Source of the DNA: an uncultured Mollicutes bacterium
GTDB lineage: Bacteria; Bacillota_I; Bacilli_A; RFN20; CAG-826
NCBI GenBank assembly: GCA_900540395.1
Contig: UQFQ01000001.1
Coordinates: 21,809-85,808, forward strand
Reading direction: 5' to 3'
DNA length: 64,000 bases
Part shown: positions 53,012-62,119 of the stretch, one piece after another
Numbering within the stretch: the first letter of the stretch is position 1
Layout of the letters: each line of letters starts with the position of its first letter
The notes under the pieces: generated by a model
Database searches by the model: none
Told to the model about the DNA's origin: nothing
What the model saw: the letters and a program-made list of their open reading frames with translations, nothing else
Program-made: the position numbers and the translations under genes

Positions 53012-55432
53012 ATGCAAACAAGAAAATCTTTAATCAAAGCTTCTACGGTTTGTGGATATGTTGTTGCTATCCTTTACTTAATATTAACTGCCTTTTTATT
53101 CTCAGTTAGTAATTTATGGTATTGGTGCACACTTATTTTAGGTGCTATCTCTTTATATAATTCCTTATATTCTTCAACAATAAGAGGAAAGTTAGATAGT
53201 GAACCTTTAGAAGGGAAGCTTAAACTTAAATTTTTAATAAATACAATTATTTCAGTCGTTTCTATTCCTTCTTTTGTCTTAAATTTAATCGCTTATTTTT
53301 GGAAAAAAGGAGACAAATATATTTCTGTTGTTAACGAGGAATATAAAGAGGAAATTAAAGAGAAAACCCCACAAAAGTGGTATAAAAAATCTAATTTTAT
53401 ATTAACTTGTGTTGGTCTTGTCTCAATTATATTAGGTTCATTTTTTGCTCAGATTGGTGAAACAAGCGGCTATTCTGTAGCAGTTAGAGACTTTACTTTA
53501 ACTAAAGCAATGACTGATGAGTTTAATACTGGCGAAGAAAATGCAATAAATGGCAAAAATTATACTATTGCTAATGATTGCTTAACTTATGCTGTTACTG
53601 AATATCGTCCAAAAACTGCAACTAGTGAAAATCCTCTTCCAGTTGTTATAGTCATGCCTGGCTTTACTAGAACTAAAGCCACTATGGCTCAATATGCAAT
53701 TGAGCTTTCTAAAAGAAATGCCATAGTTTATACAATCGATCCAGGTTCTCAAGGTGGAACAACTTATGCTGGATATGAAACTAATGAAGATGGTGAAGAA
53801 GAAATGATTAGCGCAACAGTTGATGCTAATGGTCTTAACTATCTTGTTCAATATTTATATAACAATACCGAAGAATATGATTATTTAGATCGTACAAGAT
53901 TTGGTGCAGTTGGTCATTCGGCAGGTGGCGGAAACGTTGCTCAACTTGCTCAAAATTTTGCTGGCGATACATATGAAGAAAGTGTTATCAAAGCTTTATA
54001 TATTTCTGGATATATCAAAGTTAGTGCTGCAAATAGATTTAAAGATTTAAGATGTAATGCAGCAATGTCTTATGCTTACTATGATGAAGGAAGTTATAGA
54101 TATCAAGGAAACACAAGCGCTTTTGAAGTTATTGCAAAAAGATTTGTTAACGAAGTTAATGGTCAAAATTTAAATCACGATAAAGCCATTATTGATTATG
54201 AATATGGTTCAATGGAAGATGGAACTTATCGTGTTGTCCATCAAGAAAAGATTAATCACTGTTTTGAAATGTATGATCCTGTATCCATTTCAAATACAAT
54301 TAATTTCTTTAGAAGAAGTTTAGATTTAGATACAAACCTTGCTGATAGCAGTCAAACATGGTTTGTTAAAGAAGGATTTAACGGTGTTGCTTTAATTGGT
54401 GCCTTTATCTTTATCTTCTCATTACTTGCTTTCTTAATTGACATTCTTCCATTTTTCAAAAGCTTTAGAGAAAATGCTAAAAAAGCGAAGAATTATGAAG
54501 ATTCAATTAAAGTTAAGTATGGTTATGCTTCTTCTATCATATTAGAAAATAGAGAAGACGCTGGTGCGATAAAAGTAGTCAAAAAATCCTATTTAGATAA
54601 AGTTACTTTCTGGTCAATCCTTGTTTTAACGGCTATTATTGCTTGTTTAGATTTTATTCCTTTAGCTAGACTTACTATGGATTGGTTCCCAGATGCTGCT
54701 AGTAATACTTATACATTCTATTTCCCAGCTAGAATGATGAATGCAGTTATGCTTTGGGCGGTATTTAATGGTTTAATTGGTTTGGTTTTAATCTTTGGAG
54801 TTAAGCTTTGTGAAAATCTTTACTTTAAAGTAACAAAGCAAGAAGAAAGAATGAATTGGTATCGTTTTAAAGCGATGAAAATAAACTGGAAAGATCTTTT
54901 AAAATCAATTGGTTTTGCTTTATTCTTATTCTTACTTTTCTACGCACTTGTTGAAGTGATGTATCAAATTTTCCATCAAGATTTCCACTTTATGCTAATT
55001 AGTGCTTCACCTCTTGAACCTCGTTTTATCGTCACATGGTTAATTTATCTTGTTCCATTCTTTGTATTTTATATTTCAAATTCTATTAGAGTTAATCTTT
55101 CAATGGCTAATGAAGGGTGGAGTGAATGGAAAGTCATGTTGCTTGGTGGAATTTCAAATAGTATTGGTCTTGTTGGCATTTTAGTTGTTAATTATGTTGT
55201 CTATTTCTTAACAGGCACTGTCTATTATGGCTATTATAGTCCAACAGATACTAGTGAAATGTGGTTATTTGTTAATATGGTATTTGGACTCATTCCAATG
55301 ATGTTTATTCTTCCAATATTAAATAGATTCTGCTTTAAAAAGACAGGAAATGTTTATTTTGGAGCAATACTTACTTGTATGATTTTCATTATGATGTCTT
55401 TATCAGCATCAGTATCATACATTCCAATGTAA
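53012..55432 (+). CDS. Polytopic membrane protein with an embedded alpha/beta-hydrolase domain
   Basis: ~4 N-terminal and ~8 C-terminal TM helices flank a soluble domain with VIVMPGFTRT and the nucleophile elbow GHSAGG. Confidence 0.65.
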   Translation: MQTRKSLIKASTVCGYVVAILYLILTAFLFSVSNLWYWCTLILGAISLYNSLYSSTIRGKLDSEPLEGKLKLKFLINTIISVVSIPSFVLNLIAYFWKKGDKYISVVNEEYKEEIKEKTPQKWYKKSNFILTCVGLVSIILGSFFAQIGETSGYSVAVRDFTLTKAMTDEFNTGEENAINGKNYTIANDCLTYAVTEYRPKTATSENPLPVVIVMPGFTRTKATMAQYAIELSKRNAIVYTIDPGSQGGTTYAGYETNEDGEEEMISATVDANGLNYLVQYLYNNTEEYDYLDRTRFGAVGHSAGGGNVAQLAQNFAGDTYEESVIKALYISGYIKVSAANRFKDLRCNAAMSYAYYDEGSYRYQGNTSAFEVIAKRFVNEVNGQNLNHDKAIIDYEYGSMEDGTYRVVHQEKINHCFEMYDPVSISNTINFFRRSLDLDTNLADSSQTWFVKEGFNGVALIGAFIFIFSLLAFLIDILPFFKSFRENAKKAKNYEDSIKVKYGYASSIILENREDAGAIKVVKKSYLDKVTFWSILVLTAIIACLDFIPLARLTMDWFPDAASNTYTFYFPARMMNAVMLWAVFNGLIGLVLIFGVKLCENLYFKVTKQEERMNWYRFKAMKINWKDLLKSIGFALFLFLLFYALVEVMYQIFHQDFHFMLISASPLEPRFIVTWLIYLVPFFVFYISNSIRVNLSMANEGWSEWKVMLLGGISNSIGLVGILVVNYVVYFLTGTVYYGYYSPTDTSEMWLFVNMVFGLIPMMFILPILNRFCFKKTGNVYFGAILTCMIFIMMSLSASVSYIPM

Positions 55433-55446
55433 AGAAAGGAAAAATT

Positions 55447-56625
55447 ATGATTGATAGTTTAAAAAAAGAAGCCTTAAAAAAACATTATGAATGGAAAGGC
55501 AAAATTGAAACAAAAGCAAGAGTTGATGTATTTTCTAAAGAAAATTTATCAATGGCATATACTCCAGGTGTTGCTGAAGCTTGCATGAAAATTCATGAAG
55601 ATGTTAATGAATCGTTTAACTTAACAAGAAGATGGAATATTGTTCCAGTAATTACTGATGGGACTGCTGTTTTAGGACTTGGTGATATTGGACCAGAAGC
55701 CGGTATGCCAGTTATGGAAGGAAAATGCGCTTTATTTAAAGCATATGGCGATGTTGATGCCATTCCTCTTTGTATAAAAAGTAAAGATAGTGAAGAAATT
55801 ATTAAAACAATTGAACTTCTAGCAGGTAGTTTTGGTGGAATCAACCTTGAAGATATTGCTGCTCCAAGATGCTTTGAAATTGAAAGACGTTTAAAAGAAG
55901 ATCTTGATATTCCAGTTTTCCATGACGATCAACACGGAACAGCAATTGTTACTTTAGCCGCTTTAATAAATGCTTTAAAACTTGCTAAAAAAGATATAAA
56001 AGATATTAGAATTGTTATAAATGGAGCGGGAGCAGCAGGTGTTGCTATTGCTAAACTTTTATTATCATATGGTGCTAAAAACATAATCTGTTGTGATTCA
56101 AAAGGTATTATCAAAAAAGGTGACCCACGCTTAAATTCTTCTAAAGCTGAACTTGCTGAAATTACTAATTTAGAAGGTATTGAAGGACATCTTGCTGATG
56201 CAATGAAAGGTAGTGATGTCTTTATTGGAGTTAGCGTTGCTCATTGTGTAAGTAAAGATATGGTTAAAAGCATGAATAAAGATCCAATTTTATTTACCTG
56301 CGCTAATCCAATTCCAGAAATTTTACCTGAAGAATCTTATGAAGCTGGTGCTTTTATTGTTGGTACTGGCTCTAGTGAATATCCTAATCAAATTAATAAT
56401 GTTTTAGTTTTCCCAGGGTTATTTAGAGGAGCAATAGATGCAAAAGCTAGCACTGTTAATTTAGAGATGATGAAAGCGGCGGCTTTAGGAATTGCAAGTT
56501 GCGTTAGTGATAATGAATTAAGTAAAAATTACATTCTCCCATATGCTTGGGATAAGAGTGTTCACTTAAAAGTAGCTGAAGAAGTCAAAAAAGCTGCAAT
56601 TAAAACAGGAGCAATTAGAAAATAA
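55447..56625 (+). CDS. NAD(P)-dependent malic enzyme (short form)
   Basis: Start trimmed to ATG 55447. [41 protein letters not shown]. Confidence 0.9.
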   Translation: MIDSLKKEALKKHYEWKGKIETKARVDVFSKENLSMAYTPGVAEACMKIHEDVNESFNLTRRWNIVPVITDGTAVLGLGDIGPEAGMPVMEGKCALFKAYGDVDAIPLCIKSKDSEEIIKTIELLAGSFGGINLEDIAAPRCFEIERRLKEDLDIPVFHDDQHGTAIVTLAALINALKLAKKDIKDIRIVINGAGAAGVAIAKLLLSYGAKNIICCDSKGIIKKGDPRLNSSKAELAEITNLEGIEGHLADAMKGSDVFIGVSVAHCVSKDMVKSMNKDPILFTCANPIPEILPEESYEAGAFIVGTGSSEYPNQINNVLVFPGLFRGAIDAKASTVNLEMMKAAALGIASCVSDNELSKNYILPYAWDKSVHLKVAEEVKKAAIKTGAIRK

Positions 56626-56632
56626 ATTTAAA

Positions 56633-56663
56633 AGATATGGTGCACAAAATGTGCACCATATCT
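56633..56663 (+). terminator. Perfect 13-bp hairpin after the malic enzyme gene (no T-tract; possible attenuator or processing site)
   Basis: AGATATGGTGCAC-AAAAT-GTGCACCATATCT. Lies inside the over-extended N-terminus of the ORF-track ppa call. Confidence 0.4.
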
Positions 56664-56678
56664 ATAATTGAATTAGAT

Positions 56679-57221
56679 ATGAAAGAAGGACTAAAAAGGT
56701 TATATAAAAATTTTAAAAGAGAAGATGTCACACCTTTTCTTTTTAAAGTTATTATTGAGATTCCAAAAGCTAGTAAGACAAAATATGAGATTGATAAAGA
56801 AACTGGTTTAATCAAATTAGACCGAATCTTATATACTTCAACTCATTATCCACATAATTATGGATTCATACCTTTAACTTATTGTGAAGATGGTGATCCA
56901 CTAGATGTTTTAGTCTTATGTAGTGAATCACTTTTACCAATGACATTAGTCAATTGCCGAGCTATTGGCGTTTTAGATATGTTGGATAATGGCAAAAAAG
57001 ATTCAAAAATTATTGCAGTTTGTGTCGATGATCCTTTTTATAAGGAATACAACGATATTAGTGAATTACCAAGTCATATTTTTGATGAAATACGTAATTT
57101 CTTTGATATTTATAAGAAGTTAGAAGGAATTAGCGTTGAAGAAAAAGAAGTTGAAGGCAGCGAAAAAGCAAAAGAAGTAATAGCTCATTGTATAGAACTT
57201 TATGAAAGTGGTTTAATTTGA
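56679..57221 (+). CDS. ppa: Inorganic pyrophosphatase, family I
   Basis: Start trimmed to [46 protein letters not shown]. Ends in TGA. Confidence 0.9.
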   Translation: MKEGLKRLYKNFKREDVTPFLFKVIIEIPKASKTKYEIDKETGLIKLDRILYTSTHYPHNYGFIPLTYCEDGDPLDVLVLCSESLLPMTLVNCRAIGVLDMLDNGKKDSKIIAVCVDDPFYKEYNDISELPSHIFDEIRNFFDIYKKLEGISVEEKEVEGSEKAKEVIAHCIELYESGLI

Positions 57222-57270
57222 AAAAATTTCTTTCTTAGATAGACCACTTTTTTGATATAATAACTTTCGC

Positions 57271-57357
57271 GGCCCCTTGTTGAAATTGGTAGACAAGGTA
57301 GACTCAAAATCTACTGGTAGTGATACCGTGTCGGTTCGAGTCCGACAGGGGCCACCA
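57271..57357 (+). tRNA. tRNA-Leu, anticodon CAA
   Basis: Hand-folded: acceptor GGCCCCT/AGGGGCC, D arm TTG/CAA, anticodon arm GTAGA-CTCAAAA-TCTAC, long variable arm, T arm GTCGG-TTCGAGT-CCGAC, encoded CCA. 87 nt. Confidence 0.85.
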
Positions 57358-57359
57358 CG

Positions 57360-57496
57360 AAATCTTAAAAATGCACGATAATTATCGTGTTTTTTATTTA
57401 AAATAGAAAGTAAAATGTCACTCCAAATGTCAGTGCAAATTAAACGTCAATTTTTATAAATGGGCATAATTTAAGGCCCTCTTGTTTCTAGACAAA
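57360..57496 (+). repeat. Direct repeat copy 1 (includes the tRNA terminator hairpin CACGATAATTATCGTG+T6) plus 14-nt junction motif
   Basis: ~123 bp re-occurs at 59235-59355 with roughly 85-90% identity by eye. TGTTTCTAGACAAA at 57483-57496 re-occurs at 59223-59236. Confidence 0.8.
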
Positions 57497-57587
57497 TAGA
57501 ATGAATAGGCTTTATACGAATAAAGTGTTAAGCCTTTTATTTTATAGTGTTAATTCATATAAAAATTTATTTATAAATGTGTTTATT

Positions 57588-57665
57588 CTTGTGAAAAAAG
57601 TGCACTTATATGCTTGAAAAAAGTGCACTTATATAATTGAAAAAAGTGCATCATTATAGTAGAAT
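57588..57665 (+). promoter_or_regulatory. Three tandem 23-24-bp repeats carrying AAGTGCACTT palindromes, overlapping a promoter
   Basis: TTG(T)GAAAAAAGTGCACTTATAT x2 plus a degenerate third copy. Perfect 10-bp palindromes at 57598-57607 and 57621-57630. TTGAAA (57637-42), 17-nt spacer, TAGAAT (57660-65). ATG at 57687. Confidence 0.6.
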
Positions 57666-57686
57666 CACATTGAAAGGCGATTAACT

Positions 57687-58994
57687 ATGCCAATTAAACT
57701 TGAAAATTATAAAGAACGATTAATTGATAAAACTATTGAGTTATATTTAAAAACATTTAAAGCAATTCAAATTGTTGGTCCAAAATGGTGCGGCAAAACA
57801 TGGACTAGTATGCATCATGGCAATTCTATTGTTAGATTAACTGATATAGAGAAAAGAAAACTAGCTATACTTAATCCGAAGTTAATTTTAAATGAGAATA
57901 TTCCAGAGGTTATTGATGAATGGCAACTAGTGCCAGAATTGTGGGATGCTATTAGAAATGAATGTGATCTGAGGGTATCAAAAGGGAATTTTATTTTAAC
58001 AGGCTCAACCGCTTTACTAGATAAGGAAGAGAAATCTAAGATTAAGCATACTGGTACTGGTAGAATTATTAAAATAAATATGTTTCCTATGACAACATTA
58101 GAATTAGGTAAATCTCTTGATTATATTTCTTTAATGGATATGTATGAAGGAAAGGAAATTAATAAATTAGTTGATCCTTTTGATATTTATGAAATTACTA
58201 GACTTATTATAAATGGTGGATGGCCTGAAAATTTAGGTCTTTCGAATTTAGAAAGTGATGGTTTACTAGCACGTGAATATATAAAGTCAGTTGTAGAAAA
58301 TGACGTTAATGAAAATTACAATGATGATAAATTCTTGTTTGACTCACAAAAAATGATGATGATTCTTAAGTCATTAGCAAGAAATGAGTCCAGTTATGCA
58401 GCAGAAGCAACTATTTTGAGAGATTGCTTTAATTTTAGAAATGGCGAAGAACAAACATTAAATAAAAGAACATTATCTAGATATTTAGACATTCTAGAAA
58501 AGTTATACATTATAAATAATCAAGAAGCTTATTCAACTAATTATAGATCTAGTTCAAGGGTTGGCAAAAAGGCAAAGAGAAGATTTGCTGATCCGTCACT
58601 TGCGGCTGCTCTTTTAGGCTTAACATCTGAAAAACTAATTAATGATCTAAATACATTTGGATTATTGTTTGAGTCTTTAGTGGTTAGAGATTTAAATGTG
58701 TATATGGAATATTATAGAGGGCACGTTTATGCTTTTAGAGATAATCTAAGTAATGATGAGGTTGATGCTATAGTTGAATTTAGTGATGGTGAATATGGTG
58801 CAATTGAAATTAAATTAGGAAATAATCAAATAGATGAAGCAATAAAATCATTAACCAAATTTAATGATAATGTCGCTAAAAAGCCTAAATTTCTATGTGT
58901 GATTGTAGGTATAGGATTTGGACTTACAAGAGATCCTAAATCTGGTGTATATGTTGTTCCATATAATACATTAGGAATGCATTTTAATGTCTAA
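57687..58994 (+). CDS. AAA-family ATPase with DUF4143-type C-terminal region
   Basis: Walker A GPKWCGKT and an AAA_14-like N-terminal half. The overall 435-aa architecture is typical of ATP-binding proteins of the AAA_14/DUF4143 type. Confidence 0.65.
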   Translation: MPIKLENYKERLIDKTIELYLKTFKAIQIVGPKWCGKTWTSMHHGNSIVRLTDIEKRKLAILNPKLILNENIPEVIDEWQLVPELWDAIRNECDLRVSKGNFILTGSTALLDKEEKSKIKHTGTGRIIKINMFPMTTLELGKSLDYISLMDMYEGKEINKLVDPFDIYEITRLIINGGWPENLGLSNLESDGLLAREYIKSVVENDVNENYNDDKFLFDSQKMMMILKSLARNESSYAAEATILRDCFNFRNGEEQTLNKRTLSRYLDILEKLYIINNQEAYSTNYRSSSRVGKKAKRRFADPSLAAALLGLTSEKLINDLNTFGLLFESLVVRDLNVYMEYYRGHVYAFRDNLSNDEVDAIVEFSDGEYGAIEIKLGNNQIDEAIKSLTKFNDNVAKKPKFLCVIVGIGFGLTRDPKSGVYVVPYNTLGMHFNV

Positions 58995-59222
58995 ACTAAT
59001 TAATTTTAAATGTGACAAATACGTTGAAGTTGAAGGAGATAAGATTTCTTTAACTAAAACAACTTCACCAGAAGCACCATCAAGAAAATAACTTGAAGAT
59101 AAAATAAAAGACTTATTCAAAGGATAATATTAATAAGCATAGTGTAAAGGATTGAAATGACAATCTAGTACCACAAAATGGTACGAAACTAGTTCAAGTG
59201 TACGAAATTGTATCAAATGTTA

Positions 59223-59355
59223 TGTTTCTAGACAAAATCTTAAAAATGTACGATAAATACCGTGTTTTTATTTGGGGTAGAAAGCAAAATGTCACTCCAA
59301 ATGTCACTGCAAATTAAACGTTAATTTTGATAAATGGGCATAATTTAAGGCTCTC
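59223..59355 (+). repeat. Direct repeat copy 2 (degenerate), preceded by the 14-nt junction motif
   Basis: See copy 1. The hairpin is degraded here (TACGATAAATACCGTG). Confidence 0.8.
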
Positions 59356-59469
59356 TACATAAAGATTAATTATCAAAGTCCGTAAAAGTTCGTAATTTTG
59401 CTAACTTCAACCCTCACATGGTTTTTATTTTTGTTACTTTACCTTACGATTTGGAAGTGAAATCTACGT

Positions 59470-59612
59470 TGGATGGTGATGAGCACCTAAGTGAGCACCT
59501 AAATGATCACCTAAAGCCAACGAAAATGATAGAGAGAAAGTTCTAATTCAATTGATAAAGGCAAATTCATATATCACTTATGATGAAGTGTCATCAAAAT
59601 AAAAAGAAGATA
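59470..59612 (+). pseudogene. Fragment of a repeat-plus-winged-helix regulator gene (same type as 35385-35815)
   Basis: 12-bp coding repeat GAGCACCTAAGT/GAGCACCTAAAT/GATCACCTAAAG (EHLSEHLNDHLK, 59481-59516), then ENDREKVLIQLIKANSYITYDEVSSK* in a shifted frame. No start or N-terminal domain. Confidence 0.5.
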
Positions 59613-59654
59613 TGGCTAATGAATTTCAATCTTCTTTTTAAAATGAATACTTAG

Positions 59655-59918
59655 ACTCAACAAGATAAGTCGATTTGGCAAAAAAAGTATGCAGAACTTA
59701 AGGGAAAATATTAAAACAAGGAATCTGATTATAAGAAACTAGCCACTGAAAAAGAAGAAAAAAACTAAAAAGAAAGCAACTTTAAAACCTTTATAGAAAC
59801 GCTTAAAAAAGGCGAAGCTTAATTTGAATGCGATAAGATGGTGTTTAACTTCACATTAGAAAAAGTAGTAGTTCATAAAGATAAATCAATAACATTTAAG
59901 CTCTATTCTGGTTATTAA
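59655..59918 (+). pseudogene. Decayed C-terminus of a large serine recombinase-like gene
   Basis: One frame reads ...KKYAELKGKY*NKESDYKKLATEKEEKN*KESNFKTFIETLKKGEA*FECDKMVFNFTLEKVVVHKDKSITFKLYSGY*. This is a coiled-coil plus terminal beta-hairpin pattern like serine-integrase C-termini. Three in-frame TAA; no catalytic domain is present. Confidence 0.45.
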
Positions 59919-60042
59919 CAACCATGTAGGTTAAGAGCAAAATCTCATGTTTTTTAAAAAACGTTTTCATTATAAAGATAATTAAAAATCGACATTTTCA
60001 TGTTAAAATTATATGACTTTTGAAATTTTTTGTGAGGTGTAC

Positions 60043-61113
60043 ATGAGAAAAATCTTTTCGTATATATTATGCTTAATATCTGTCACTACTTTGGTTTCTT
60101 GCAATTCTAATAATCGCGATAATGAAGTTTTAGTTACTGATATGAGTGGAGCCGAAGTTTGGGTTCCTAAAAATCCTAAAAAAGTAGCAGCTGTTTCCCC
60201 ATCTACTGGTGATTTAATGATAGCGTTTGGCTTGGGCAATATTTTAGATGGCACTTATTATAGCGTTATGGATAATCCATGGACTAAAGTTATTTATCCA
60301 GAATCAAATGATTTGTTTGGCTATGACTACGATAATAGTGTCGAAACCTTCATTGAAAGAGGTGTTGATTTAATATTTATTCCTGAGCCAGCTACAGCTA
60401 AAAATCTTAGAGACCATGGTCTTAATGCACTTTGTGTTCGTCAATTTGCTGAAGATGGATATGGTGACTATGTTTTTGCTTTCTCTGAAATTGTAAGAAC
60501 AATATGGGGTGATAAGGTCAAAGACAAAGTCAATATGTGGCAAGCGGATTTTAATAAAGCAATAGAGGATGTCACGACTGTACTTGAAGAAAATGGAGTA
60601 TATGAACAAAACAAAAGGACTTTGTATTATATATGTGGAGATAAAGATAGAGGCTTAGGCTATACTGATTTAGGAAAGTCGCTTTTAGAGTATGTATATG
60701 ATGTATTAAATATTGATTTTATTTGTAATCGTTTTGAAACAAATAGGCCATCAGCAGAAGCAGTGCTTGAAATTAATCCTGACATTGTCGCTATTGGTGG
60801 CATTTATCAACAATATTTATTGCAACAAATAAAAATTGTAGAACCTCGGAATAGAATTAAGGGAGTCGTTGACGGACAACTTTATAATATACCTGTTGGC
60901 TTTGTGAGTTTTGAGCAAACCTCGGCAGAAAGTTCCTTATTTATTTATGATATGGCCAACAAACTTTATCCAGATTTGTTTGATTATGATATGGTGTCTT
61001 TAACAAAAGAGTGTTTATCTAAGTATTTTTCATATGAATTAAGCGATAATGACGTAAATAATATATTAAAAGGACTTGATGTAAATGGCGAACCACTTAT
61101 CTGGAAAGAATAA
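60043..61113 (+). CDS. Lipoprotein, iron-siderophore/cobalamin-type (cluster A) ABC substrate-binding protein
   Basis: Start trimmed to MRKIFSYILC. Lipobox LVSCNS. PKKVAAVSPSTGDLMIAFGL and PDIVAIGG blocks typical of Peripla_BP_2. Confidence 0.75.
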   Translation: MRKIFSYILCLISVTTLVSCNSNNRDNEVLVTDMSGAEVWVPKNPKKVAAVSPSTGDLMIAFGLGNILDGTYYSVMDNPWTKVIYPESNDLFGYDYDNSVETFIERGVDLIFIPEPATAKNLRDHGLNALCVRQFAEDGYGDYVFAFSEIVRTIWGDKVKDKVNMWQADFNKAIEDVTTVLEENGVYEQNKRTLYYICGDKDRGLGYTDLGKSLLEYVYDVLNIDFICNRFETNRPSAEAVLEINPDIVAIGGIYQQYLLQQIKIVEPRNRIKGVVDGQLYNIPVGFVSFEQTSAESSLFIYDMANKLYPDLFDYDMVSLTKECLSKYFSYELSDNDVNNILKGLDVNGEPLIWKE

Positions 61114-62119
61114 GAAAAAAGTTGGCTTAATATTTATAGGTTTTATCTTTGCGTTAATACTTCTATTTTTTCTTGCATTAATTGTTGGAAAATACTCCAT
61201 TAGCATTGAAAATTTTTTTAAAGCACTATTTACTACTGATGAAGAGTTTTCGACAGATAGAAGTGTTATTGTAAATTTAAGATTGCCTAGATCTTTAATG
61301 GCTGTATTGGTAGGAGCAGGGTTATCAGTTTCAGGTCTTGTTTATCAAGATCTATTTCAAAATAAATTAGTTTCTCCTGATTTTTTAGGAGTTTCAAGCG
61401 GCGCAAGCGTTGGTGCAGCTTTTTCAATTTTGATGGGGATGTCTGGTCTGGTTATTTGTCTCTTTTCTTTTACCTTTGGAATTTTAACAATGATTTGCAC
61501 ATTATTTATTGCTAGAGCTTTTAAAAATAAATCCCCGATAATACTTTTACTATCTGGCATTATTATGGGCGGATTTTTAGAGGCTTGCTTAAGCTTTATT
61601 AAATTTATGGCTGATACAGATAGTCAACTAGGCGAGATAACTTTTTGGCTTTTAGGTTCATTCCAAAATGTCACAATAAATGACGTTTATATAATTTTGC
61701 CTATTTTTATTATTTGCATAACTGTATTATTAGCTATTAGATGGAGAATTAATATTGTTGCTTTAGGGCAAGAGCAAGCCGAAACTAAAGGTTTAAACTA
61801 TAAGTTCTATAAGGCACTTTTAATAGTTATTGTTACCATTCTTACATCTGCTTCAGTAGCTTTTGCAGGAGTAATAGGATGGGTTGCCTTGGTTGTTCCT
61901 CATATAGCAAGATTGCTTGTAGGAAGGAATGTTTCAATTAGTCTGCCACTGACCATATTCATAGGCGCTGTCTTTATGCTTTTATGTGATATTATTTCAA
62001 GAAGTTTTACATTTTCTGAGATTCCATTATCAGCTGTTTCTGGTTTTATTGGTACACCTATATTCATTGGAATTCTTATTTTCAAGAAAGGGGATAAAAA
62101 TGACATTACTAGAAATTGA
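61085..62119 (+). CDS. FecCD-family ABC permease
   Basis: RLPRSLMAVLVGAGLSVSGLVYQ, ~9 TM helices, GVIGWVALVVPHIARLLVG. Confidence 0.9.
   Translation: MANHLSGKNKKKVGLIFIGFIFALILLFFLALIVGKYSISIENFFKALFTTDEEFSTDRSVIVNLRLPRSLMAVLVGAGLSVSGLVYQDLFQNKLVSPDFLGVSSGASVGAAFSILMGMSGLVICLFSFTFGILTMICTLFIARAFKNKSPIILLLSGIIMGGFLEACLSFIKFMADTDSQLGEITFWLLGSFQNVTINDVYIILPIFIICITVLLAIRWRINIVALGQEQAETKGLNYKFYKALLIVIVTILTSASVAFAGVIGWVALVVPHIARLLVGRNVSISLPLTIFIGAVFMLLCDIISRSFTFSEIPLSAVSGFIGTPIFIGILIFKKGDKNDITRN

Noticed and set aside
58987-59091. A 34-codon ORF (MSKLINFKCDKYVEVEGDKISLTKTTSPEAPSRK) overlapping the ATPase stop codon, considered as a small partner gene.
   Set aside because: It has no RBS and the frame continues after a TAA with more coding-like text (LEDKIKDLFKG). 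It looks like another gene fragment in the decayed island rather than a functional small protein.
59700-59750. AAGGGAA ... GCCACTG upstream of the iron/B12-type binding protein, considered as a cobalamin riboswitch (B12-box).
   Set aside because: Only two short matches. The GC-rich paired core is missing. The site lies ~300 nt from the start codon inside the recombinase remnant. Most likely coincidence.
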